Positions 18,274 to 26,918 of a stretch of DNA of 64,000 bases are shown one piece after another. A model generated the notes under the pieces. That model searched no databases. It was not told the origin of the DNA and saw nothing but the letters and a program-made list of their open reading frames with translations. Both the position numbers and the translations under genes were made by a program. This DNA comes from an uncultured Bacilli bacterium (GTDB lineage Bacteria > Bacillota_I > Bacilli_A > RF39 > UBA660), in the NCBI GenBank assembly GCA_944331915.1, contig CALVIR010000002.1, positions 7,149 to 71,148 of the forward strand, given 5' to 3'. Within the stretch, counting starts at the first letter, position 1. Every line of letters starts with the position of its first letter.

Positions 18274-20103
18274 ATGATAAACAAAAAAGAATTAATAAAA
18301 AATTTAGAAAAGGAAATTAATAAAGAAGAGAATCAATTAAAACATAAAAATTTATATAATATAAGAAACTACATTGTTAAAGGATTCTTAAAGACAGGTA
18401 TTGCCCTAGATTATGCTTTTCCATTTATTTTAAGTAGCTTTATTACTTTTAATACTGAAAAAAATGAAGGCAACATCCCATTTATCAATAATCAAGTAAT
18501 TGAAAATGCTTATGTAAAAGAGACTATAACATCTTCTGGACTAGAAAAAGAAGAGGTTTCCTATAATCACGACTTTGATGAAAGAAGTTTTCAACATTCT
18601 ACTAGCTGGGAAATTAACGACAATGGACAATACGAAAGAAAAGTTACTACTTATAAGATTGATGACTCTATAGATTTATCTGATTATGAGAATCTATTTG
18701 CTATGACAAAAGAAGAAATAGATAATTCTTTTACTGTTTCTAGTATTAAAACTATTAGAAAAGATAAATTAAATGAAGAAGACAATATCTACAACAAAGA
18801 TATGTTCATAATCGTTCAAAGTTATATCGATGAAAGTAATAAAAGAGCAAGAGAAGAAACAACTCGAGAAAATATTAGTGGAACAATAACTTTTCTTCTT
18901 CGTCTAACCCTTTATGGAACCACTTTTACGGGTATAAAAGAAATATTAATAAGATCTAACCTAAGAAATAAAATTAAGAAAATAGAACCATATTTTACAA
19001 TTATTAATAGTAATAATGTTGAAAAAGTTACAAATGTTTATAATATTAGAAAAGAAAACCTACATTTACTAACTAATAATTACGTGATATCAGAAGAAGA
19101 AAAAGGGAAGAAAGAAATTTTAATTGAAACAACTAAAAATGATGAATTTCATAAATTTAATTCCTTAGATCTCCAAGAGTTAGTTACAGAAATTGAAAAT
19201 TATTATCTTTTATATCGAAATAAACTAAATTTGCCTGATTTCGTAACCTTTGGTGTTGAAATAGAATATGAAAATTTACTAAAAACATTTGTAGATAAGT
19301 ATGTGACCAAAAATTTAGAATCATGGGACTCAAAATATGATTTATCTGTAAAATTAGGTGGAGAAATATCCTCACCTATATTACACAATGATTTAGAAAG
19401 TTGGAAAGAATTAAAGCAAATTTGCGACTATTTAAAGAAGAAAAAAGCAGATACTGGAGTTAACACAGGAGGACATATTCATGTTGGTGCCCATATCTTA
19501 GGAGAAGATATAAAGAATTGGCAAACATTTATAAAAATATATATTGCCTATGAACATATTCTCTTTAGATTCTTATATGGCGATAAAATAAATGCTAGAA
19601 AAAGTTTAAACGAATATGCACCTCCAACCGCCGACTTATTATATAATAAGATAGAAAAGCTGGACAATTACAAAAGAATTACTGAGTTAACTGGATTAGA
19701 ACTTGGAAATAGATTTAAAGCTTTAAACCTAAACAATGCCTACTTATATAATATTTATACCCAAGAAAGAAAAAACACTATCGAGTTTAGAAGTGGTAAT
19801 TCAACCACAGATGCCATAATCTGGCAAAATAATATTAATGCTGTTTGTAGTCTTATGCTTGCACCTACAAGGAATATGATTGATAATGATTTTATAGACT
19901 ACAAGCTAAAACACCGAATAGTTAGTTCAAATGAAGATTATTATCTTTACAATGAAATTCATTTACAAGATGCTTTAGAATTTGCAGATATGATCTTTGA
20001 TAATAATTTGGATAAAGTATATTTCTTAAGACAATATTTTAAATCATTTGAAGATAATTATGGTATTAAAGGGGGTGTTAAAGCCAAAAAATTTACAAAA
20101 TAA
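18274..20103 (+). CDS. Membrane-associated protein with a C-terminal amidoligase (Amidoligase_2, glutamine-synthetase-like fold) domain
   Basis: 609 aa. The C-terminal ~300 aa carry FGVEIEYE, GGEISSPIL, GGHIHVG, FKALNLNN and TIEFRSGNST, in the order typical of the putative amidoligase family. The N-terminal half has 2-3 hydrophobic segments. Confidence 0.65.
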   Translation: MINKKELIKNLEKEINKEENQLKHKNLYNIRNYIVKGFLKTGIALDYAFPFILSSFITFNTEKNEGNIPFINNQVIENAYVKETITSSGLEKEEVSYNHDFDERSFQHSTSWEINDNGQYERKVTTYKIDDSIDLSDYENLFAMTKEEIDNSFTVSSIKTIRKDKLNEEDNIYNKDMFIIVQSYIDESNKRAREETTRENISGTITFLLRLTLYGTTFTGIKEILIRSNLRNKIKKIEPYFTIINSNNVEKVTNVYNIRKENLHLLTNNYVISEEEKGKKEILIETTKNDEFHKFNSLDLQELVTEIENYYLLYRNKLNLPDFVTFGVEIEYENLLKTFVDKYVTKNLESWDSKYDLSVKLGGEISSPILHNDLESWKELKQICDYLKKKKADTGVNTGGHIHVGAHILGEDIKNWQTFIKIYIAYEHILFRFLYGDKINARKSLNEYAPPTADLLYNKIEKLDNYKRITELTGLELGNRFKALNLNNAYLYNIYTQERKNTIEFRSGNSTTDAIIWQNNINAVCSLMLAPTRNMIDNDFIDYKLKHRIVSSNEDYYLYNEIHLQDALEFADMIFDNNLDKVYFLRQYFKSFEDNYGIKGGVKAKKFTK

Positions 20104-20115
20104 GGAAATAGTAGT

Positions 20116-20583
20116 ATGAAAAAATTTTATTTAGCTTATGGAAGCAATTTAAACTTAAAACAAATGGAAGAAAGATGTAATAAAGCAATCCCTATTGGAA
20201 CAACTTTACTAAATGACTATCGCCTCGCTTACAAGGGTAATGAAGATGATAATGCTTATTTAACCATTGAAAAATGTAAAAATAGTACAGTACCTCTAGG
20301 TATCTTTGCTATAACCTCTCACGATGAAAAAGCTCTAGATCAATATGAAGGATATCCTGAATTTTATTATAAAGAATATATACCAATCCAAGTAAATGGA
20401 AAAATAAAAGAAGCTATGATTTATATCATGAATAACGAATACGATTATCATTTACCATCAAATATCTATGTTACTACCTGTGAAAAAGGTTATGAGGACT
20501 TTGGATTCAACAAGAAAATACTAAATGAAGCTCTAGAATATACAAAAAAAGAAAAAGCAAAAAGAAAAACTCTTAAATTATAA
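20116..20583 (+). CDS. Gamma-glutamyl cyclotransferase (GGCT/AIG2-like) family protein
   Basis: 155 aa. N-terminal YLAYGSNLN motif and a later YEGYP with the catalytic Glu context. Lies 12 nt downstream of the amidoligase gene. Confidence 0.65.
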   Translation: MKKFYLAYGSNLNLKQMEERCNKAIPIGTTLLNDYRLAYKGNEDDNAYLTIEKCKNSTVPLGIFAITSHDEKALDQYEGYPEFYYKEYIPIQVNGKIKEAMIYIMNNEYDYHLPSNIYVTTCEKGYEDFGFNKKILNEALEYTKKEKAKRKTLKL

Positions 20584-20586
20584 AGA

Positions 20587-20624
20587 AGACTGTGACAAGA
20601 AAATAATCTCATCACAGTCTTTTT
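20587..20624. terminator. Bidirectional terminator hairpin between convergent genes
   Basis: AGACTGTGA / TCACAGTCT stem with a T-run on the plus strand. Confidence 0.5.
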
Positions 20625-22293
20625 AATCATGGAAACAACTACCACCAATAAATTCTCTGATAATAGAGTCAGCTGGAATACTTTCACTAGGAATAGGTAA
20701 AATAAGTCTTAAAATGTTAAGTAATCTTTTCGCTTCCTCATAATAAAGTGATTCTTCATCGACAGAATAAAGTAATGGTTCCACATAGGTTTTTAATACA
20801 CCAAGTTCATATATTAAAGCCGTATTAATAGTAACATCCGCTTCATCCTGATATGGGAAAATATATTTTTCTTCCCCTATTCTTACATTTCCCCAAGCTG
20901 CTAAAGTTGCACTAACTGAATAACCTCTTGTTCTATTATCTCTAATAATTCTTCTTAAAAGGCGATTATCTGTTGTCGGAAAACGATTATGATTATCTAT
21001 ATTAAGTTCTGTCAAAGCAGATAAATATATTTTAAATTTATTTTCTGCCGGTATATCTTTAAGTACTTTAGGATTTAAAGCATGAATTCCTTCTATTAAC
21101 AAAATATCATTATTATCAAGAGTCATTTTTTTAATAAACTCTTTCTTTCCAGCTTTAAAGTCATAAACAGGTGCAATAATTTCTTCACCTTTTAAAAGAC
21201 TCTTTATTTGTTTAGAAAGTAAAGTATTATCAACCGCTTCAAAGCATTCATAATCTTTTTCCCCTTTATCATTTAATGGTGTTTCATCACGCTCTACAAA
21301 GTAATCATCCATACTAATCATCTTCGGATTAAGTCCAAAGCTTCTTAGATACATACATAATTTAGTAGTCGTTGTCGTTTTACCACTTGAAGAAGGTCCT
21401 GCCAAAAGAATAATCTTTTTTGTCTTTTTATGTTTAACTATCTCTTTAGCAACTCCTAAGAGTCTATTACTTTGTAATGTTTCATCTATTCTAATTAAAT
21501 CTGCAATTTTCCCTTTGCTAACAACCTCATTCAAATCGGCTATAGTTTCTATTTTCATAAGTTTAGTCCAATCTCTACATTCTTTAAAAACTTTAAACAT
21601 ATTTTCATGATGAACATAAGGTTTAATTTGATTATTAGAATAAACTGTTGGAAATTGTAACACAAAACCATTATCATTTAAATAAGTTAACTTAAAATCT
21701 TTAAGACACCCAGTAGAAGGAGGCATTTGATGGTAAAAGTAGTTATAGTAATTACCAATTCTATAAAGTGTAATGTAAGTATTAGTATTATATTGCATTA
21801 TTTTCGCCTTTGCTAAATCATTAACACTCTCAAAATATTTAATCGCTGATAATCTCTCTACACTAACTTTTGTGATTGCCATATCCATATCTACTAAATT
21901 AAGCACTTTTCTAGCAATTGATTTTAAGATAGTTTCTGTTAAAGGAAATGATGTCTCTATATAGATGCCTTTATCTAAAGAATGCATTACTTTAATATTA
22001 GCATTAAGACCAAAAATATCTTTAACAGCTACTAATAAAAGAAAAGTAAGACCTGCAATATGTGATCTGTTACCTATTTTAGAATTCAAATCATAAAAGA
22101 CAATTCCACAAGGATCATTAATAACATAGCTAAGTTCCCTATATATATTATTTACACTTGCTAAAATAATAGGAAAACGATAATCTTTCTGATATTCTTT
22201 ACTTAATTGTAACAATGTTATTCCACTAGGTATTTTAACCTCTTTAGAATTTATTGTAACTGTAATTTCTTCTATCACTAATATCACCCTCAT
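20623..22293 (-). CDS. Uridine kinase/PRK-family nucleoside kinase with an N-terminal ThrRS/TGS-like extension
   Basis: P-loop LLAGPSSSGKTTTT and a C-terminal half resembling the uridine kinase family. The true start may be the GTG near 22278, behind a GAGGG RBS. Confidence 0.6.
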   Translation of the reverse strand: MRVILVIEEITVTINSKEVKIPSGITLLQLSKEYQKDYRFPIILASVNNIYRELSYVINDPCGIVFYDLNSKIGNRSHIAGLTFLLLVAVKDIFGLNANIKVMHSLDKGIYIETSFPLTETILKSIARKVLNLVDMDMAITKVSVERLSAIKYFESVNDLAKAKIMQYNTNTYITLYRIGNYYNYFYHQMPPSTGCLKDFKLTYLNDNGFVLQFPTVYSNNQIKPYVHHENMFKVFKECRDWTKLMKIETIADLNEVVSKGKIADLIRIDETLQSNRLLGVAKEIVKHKKTKKIILLAGPSSSGKTTTTTKLCMYLRSFGLNPKMISMDDYFVERDETPLNDKGEKDYECFEAVDNTLLSKQIKSLLKGEEIIAPVYDFKAGKKEFIKKMTLDNNDILLIEGIHALNPKVLKDIPAENKFKIYLSALTELNIDNHNRFPTTDNRLLRRIIRDNRTRGYSVSATLAAWGNVRIGEEKYIFPYQDEADVTINTALIYELGVLKTYVEPLLYSVDEESLYYEEAKRLLNILRLILPIPSESIPADSIIREFIGGSCFHD

Positions 22294-22402
22294 ATTCTAT
22301 AGTTGATTATATCAAAACTACCACAACTTGTCTAATAATTTTGACGAATTTACTATGGTATAAAAGTAAGTCTAGAAGGATATAGTAGAATTAGGTGATA
22401 AC

Positions 22403-22972
22403 ATGAATCTAGTACCAATGATAGTTGATAAAGAATTAAATGGTGAAAGAAGTTATGATATCTATTCTAAGTTATTAAAAAGTAGAATTATTTTATTAAA
22501 TGGTCCTATCAATGATGAAACTGCTAATGTCATTGTTGCTGAACTTTTATATTTAGACTCTCTTAATCATAATGATATATCCCTTTATATCAATTCCCCA
22601 GGTGGCTCTGTTACCTCTGGATTTGCTATATATGACACCATGAATCTAATTAAAAGTGATGTTTCTACCATCTGTATGGGTATCGCTGCTTCCATGGCTG
22701 CCTTCTTACTTTCTAGTGGCAAAAGTGGAAAACGCTATTGTCTTCCTAATAGTGAGGTTATGATCCATCAACCCTTAGGTGGTGCCGAAGGCCAAGCAAC
22801 AGAAATAAAGATAGCTGCTGAACATATTTTAAAGACCAAAAAAAAGCTAAATAAAATTTTAGCTCAAAATACCAACCAAACTCTAGAAAAGATTGAACAA
22901 GATACAGAAAGAGATTATTTTCTAGATGCTAAAGAAGCAAAAGATTATGGCTTAATAGATAAAGTCCTTTAA
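22403..22972 (+). CDS. clpP: ATP-dependent Clp protease proteolytic subunit
   Basis: 189 aa with Ser-His-Asp context ([13 protein letters not shown]); canonical ClpP. Confidence 0.95.
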   Translation: MNLVPMIVDKELNGERSYDIYSKLLKSRIILLNGPINDETANVIVAELLYLDSLNHNDISLYINSPGGSVTSGFAIYDTMNLIKSDVSTICMGIAASMAAFLLSSGKSGKRYCLPNSEVMIHQPLGGAEGQATEIKIAAEHILKTKKKLNKILAQNTNQTLEKIEQDTERDYFLDAKEAKDYGLIDKVL

Positions 22973-23877
22973 GTATGTAACTTTAAAGCTAACTCTTTAA
23001 TTTTTCTAAATCTATGATTAAGACCAGATTTAGTAATCTTTTTACCTGTCTCCAAACTAATAATTTCACTTAACTCTTTTAAAGAAGCTTCTTGATATTT
23101 CTTACGATATTCTAAAGCTTCTTTTGTTTTATCATCAAGTAACTCTACCGCTTTTGTATCTTCTAATATTTTTATATATTTCAACTGTTCTAAAGCCGTC
23201 TCTAAAACTCTATCCATATTCGCTTGTTCACAATTATTAAGACGATTTGTCTTATTTTTTTTATCTCTATACACTCTTATCTCTTCATAATATAATACCG
23301 CTTTAGTTGTCCCAATAATCTTTAAGAAATCACTAATCTTATCCGCTTCTTTAATGTAAAGCATAAACCCTTTATCGCGTGCTAAAAGTTTAATGTTAAG
23401 ATCGTAATTATTTAACAGTTTTTGTACATATACTGCTTCTTTATCACTGTTTATTAAAAACTCTAAATGGTACCTTGATGTCTTAGGATCATTAATACTA
23501 GCAGAACTAAGAAATATTCCTCTTAAATATCCTTTTATTTCGTCATCTAATTCCACCAAATATTTAGGTACACTATCCTCTTTAAGACATAACGTTTTCT
23601 CTAAAAAATCAAGTCCTCGAATTATTATTAAAGCCTGTAATTTATTTTTACTAAAGTTATTATTATCAAATGTTTCTACTTTATATTTAACCTCTTCAAA
23701 GCTACTAAGTAAGTCTTTAATATAGTTTAAAATAACAGGATTTTCATTACTAATAACAAAATTTTTATCAATAACTTGATAGTTATTTCTAACAAAACCT
23801 GATAATAAAGCAATTTTAGCAGTTTCACTTATCGCTAGTGTCGTTATTTCTTCTTTAACTCTCGCTGTAAATGACAT
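22969..23877 (-). CDS. whiA: DNA-binding sporulation/cell-division regulator WhiA
   Basis: 302 aa, LAGLIDADG-like N-domain plus C-terminal HTH. Conserved yvcK-whiA pairing. Confidence 0.85.
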   Translation of the reverse strand: MSFTARVKEEITTLAISETAKIALLSGFVRNNYQVIDKNFVISNENPVILNYIKDLLSSFEEVKYKVETFDNNNFSKNKLQALIIIRGLDFLEKTLCLKEDSVPKYLVELDDEIKGYLRGIFLSSASINDPKTSRYHLEFLINSDKEAVYVQKLLNNYDLNIKLLARDKGFMLYIKEADKISDFLKIIGTTKAVLYYEEIRVYRDKKNKTNRLNNCEQANMDRVLETALEQLKYIKILEDTKAVELLDDKTKEALEYRKKYQEASLKELSEIISLETGKKITKSGLNHRFRKIKELALKLHT

Positions 23878-23879
23878 AA

Positions 23880-24833
23880 TTACCTCATCAAATATGAAAA
23901 TATTAAAGTACTAAGTTTTTGACTATGATGTTTTAGAGTATTATCTGCTACAGTAAGTAAATCAGCTTCAATAAATTCTGCGTCTAATTTTGACAAAGCT
24001 GGATAATCTATCTTAACTGGATCTTTTCTTTCTTCAGTAGCGTACCTTTCAGCCATTTCTGCATTTATTTTAGAATTAGATGCTATCACAACATCTAATT
24101 TATGACGCCCTAAATATTTATCAATAAGTTTAATATGATCACTAACTGTAAAATTATCTGTTTCCCCAGGTTGTGTTACAATATTACATATATACATAAG
24201 CGGTGCCTTTGCATTATCTAGACATTTAATAATCTCATTACATATAAGATGAGGAAATATACTTGTATAAAGACTACCCATACTAAAAATAATTAAGTCA
24301 GCATCATGAATTGCAGTCTTTACCTCATCTAATATCTTTGGTTGTTCTTTATAAAAAAGTCTCTTTACTTTTTTCTCACTTTTTGTAATAGAAGCCTCCC
24401 CTTCAACAATACTATTATCTGTCATTTCTGCCATTAAAGTTACACTCGCATCCTCTGTTAAAGGTAAAACCTGATTTTTAATATCTAGCAGCGTACATAG
24501 TTCTTTAATAGATGTTTTTAAACTGCCAGTAATATCTAAAAGAGAAATTAAAATTAAGTTACCTAAAGCATGACCATCTAAATCACTTGTAGTTTTAAAA
24601 CGATATTCAAGCATTTGTTTAATTTCAGAACTTGTAGATGATAAACTACTAAGTACTTTTCTAATATCCCCAACTGCTGGAACATGAAACTCTTCTCTTA
24701 GCTTACCAGTACTTCTTCCATCATCAGATACAGTAATTACTGCTGTAATATCTAAAGGAAAATCTTTAAGCCCTTTTAGTAAATAAGATAACCCTGTACC
24801 TCCCCCAAAAACTACAATTTTTTTATTCACCAC
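23880..24833 (-). CDS. yvcK: Gluconeogenesis factor YvcK (CofD-like)
   Basis: 317 aa with N-terminal VVFGGGTGL. Synteny with whiA. Confidence 0.85.
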   Translation of the reverse strand: MVNKKIVVFGGGTGLSYLLKGLKDFPLDITAVITVSDDGRSTGKLREEFHVPAVGDIRKVLSSLSSTSSEIKQMLEYRFKTTSDLDGHALGNLILISLLDITGSLKTSIKELCTLLDIKNQVLPLTEDASVTLMAEMTDNSIVEGEASITKSEKKVKRLFYKEQPKILDEVKTAIHDADLIIFSMGSLYTSIFPHLICNEIIKCLDNAKAPLMYICNIVTQPGETDNFTVSDHIKLIDKYLGRHKLDVVIASNSKINAEMAERYATEERKDPVKIDYPALSKLDAEFIEADLLTVADNTLKHHSQKLSTLIFSYLMR

Positions 24834-25704
24834 TGTTCCCCCTAACTATTTGCAAAGCACATTCTGCCGCTTCTCCCATCGCAATTACAATTTGATAAAA
24901 ATCCTTTTTTATCGCATCACCAATCGCATAAATGCCTTTAATATCACTTTCAAAATGCGAATCAACTTTTACATAACCAAAATCATCTAAAATTCCTAGA
25001 TCTTTTACAAATGATGCATTAGGTATTTGACCAATATAAATGAATACCCCATCAACAGTTAAAGTATCGTCACTAGTCCTTACCATAAGTTTCTCATCTT
25101 CTTTTGAAAACTCTAAGACCTCACCCTTTTTTATTGTAACTTTATTTTTTACCTCATCCTGTAAATATTTCTTAGCTTTAATCTCTCTACGGTATAGTAT
25201 AGTAATATTATCAGTTAATTTATTTAAATACTTAGCAGCTTCAAAAGCTCCATCACTACCACCAACAATTAAAAGTTTTTTATTCTTATAAAGACTACCA
25301 TCACAAACAGCACAATAACTAATTCCTTTAGTATTATATTTATCTTCTCCTTTTACCCCTAATTTTCTTGGTTTTCTCCCTGTTGCAATTATAATCTTTC
25401 CTACTTTATATTCATTTTTATTTGTAATAACCTTTTTATAACTACCCACATCATCTATCTTTGTTACCTCTTCATAAATAACATTAATATCTAAGTCTTG
25501 AACTTGTTTTAATATTTTTAAAGCTAAATCACTACCATCAATTTCTTCAAATCCAGGATAGTTAAGAATATGACCATTATCAACAATTTGGCCTCCCGGC
25601 ATTGATTTTTCCAGAATAAATACATCTAATCCTGCTCTTTTCAAGTATATCGCTGCTGTCATTCCTGCTACACCACAACCAATTATAGCTATTCTATTAT
25701 TCAT
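24823..25704 (-). CDS. trxB: Thioredoxin-disulfide reductase-like flavoprotein
   Basis: FAD motif IIGCGVAG, redox-active CAVCDG, second dinucleotide motif VGGSDGA. Confidence 0.75.
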   Translation of the reverse strand: MNNRIAIIGCGVAGMTAAIYLKRAGLDVFILEKSMPGGQIVDNGHILNYPGFEEIDGSDLALKILKQVQDLDINVIYEEVTKIDDVGSYKKVITNKNEYKVGKIIIATGRKPRKLGVKGEDKYNTKGISYCAVCDGSLYKNKKLLIVGGSDGAFEAAKYLNKLTDNITILYRREIKAKKYLQDEVKNKVTIKKGEVLEFSKEDEKLMVRTSDDTLTVDGVFIYIGQIPNASFVKDLGILDDFGYVKVDSHFESDIKGIYAIGDAIKKDFYQIVIAMGEAAECALQIVRGNSGE

Positions 25705-26488
25705 TTATCTTAACCTCCTTATATAACTTAGATTTTTTAATAAAAGTCAAATAAATACCAATCATAAGCAAAACTATAGACACAAGCTGTGCTACTCTAA
25801 TAGATCCTAACATTAAGCTATCCATTCTAAGCCCTTCAATAAAAAATCTTGTTCCTGAATACCACATCAAATAAATTCCTGATAGCTGCCCTACTCGTAA
25901 GTTTTTCTTTTTATATCTTATTAAAACAAGAGTAATAAAACCTAAAAAATCACAAATAGATTCATAGAAAAATGTTGGCTGATAATAATTACCATTTATA
26001 TACATTCCTTCTATAATAAATTCTGGTATCCTTAAAGATTGTAATTCTTCTAATGTTGTCAAATTTCCATAGGCTTCACTATTAAAAAAGTTACCCCATC
26101 TTCCAAGCGCTTGTCCCAAGATAAGTCCTACTACTACAATATCTAAAAATTTTAAAAGATTAAATTTCTGTTTTCTCGAATGAAATAAAAGATATAAAAA
26201 TCCCCCTAAAATACCTCCATGAATCGCAAGACCTCCATGCCATACATAAAATATTTCTAAAGGATTATTTAAATAATATGATAGATTAAAGATAACATAA
26301 TATAATCTAGCACCTATAAAAGACCATATTATAGTATAAAAAACAACGTCTATTAATTTATCATGATCAATTTTTTCTTTTTTTAATTCTAGATAAACTA
26401 CTACTAAAGCCATTAAAACTCCAAGAAAGATAAAAAGAGAGTAATAATATATTTTAAATACACCAAAGTCCAAAAAAACTCTATCCAT
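25697..26488 (-). CDS. lgt: Prolipoprotein diacylglyceryl transferase
   Basis: 263-aa polytopic protein with HGGxxG and GRxGNFxNxE motifs. Confidence 0.9.
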   Translation of the reverse strand: MDRVFLDFGVFKIYYYSLFIFLGVLMALVVVYLELKKEKIDHDKLIDVVFYTIIWSFIGARLYYVIFNLSYYLNNPLEIFYVWHGGLAIHGGILGGFLYLLFHSRKQKFNLLKFLDIVVVGLILGQALGRWGNFFNSEAYGNLTTLEELQSLRIPEFIIEGMYINGNYYQPTFFYESICDFLGFITLVLIRYKKKNLRVGQLSGIYLMWYSGTRFFIEGLRMDSLMLGSIRVAQLVSIVLLMIGIYLTFIKKSKLYKEVKINE

Positions 26489-26909
26489 GATTTTTAACCT
26501 TCCTAATAATAGGCTTTATCATGATACTATCTACTAGAAAATTAATTACTGAAATAAGCAAAGATATCGCTAAAGCTACCCAAAAATCTGAAAGCTGAAA
26601 ATGACTGCCCAAAATCCAATCTGTAAGTTTTAAAATTAAAAGATTAATAAAAGGATAAAACAATCCTAAAGTCAAGCCTGTCACAGGAATAGTTAAACGA
26701 ACTAATAATGGCTTAACTGTTTGATTTAAAATATAAATAATAAAAGAAGCTAAAATAGAAAATAATAATGGATGTTTTGGATCAATATAAAAGGATTCAA
26801 AACATAAAGAAATAAGAAAGAAAATAGCACAATAACACACAAAGTATAAAAACCATTCTAATATCCTATTTAATCTTACTTTTCCTTTAGTCGCAACAAT
26901 TATTTTCAT
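26481..26909 (-). CDS. YvlD/phage-holin-4-like membrane protein
   Basis: 142 aa, 4 TM segments, motif VKPLLVRLTIPVTGLTLGLF typical of the family. Confidence 0.6.
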   Translation of the reverse strand: MKIIVATKGKVRLNRILEWFLYFVCYCAIFFLISLCFESFYIDPKHPLLFSILASFIIYILNQTVKPLLVRLTIPVTGLTLGLFYPFINLLILKLTDWILGSHFQLSDFWVALAISLLISVINFLVDSIMIKPIIRKVKNHG

Positions 26910-26918
26910 TATAGCCTC

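Noticed and set aside
23880-25704. Absence of rapZ (yvcJ) between trxB and yvcK
   Set aside because: It differs from the Bacillus order, but gene loss or relocation cannot be judged from one window, so it is not reported as a finding.
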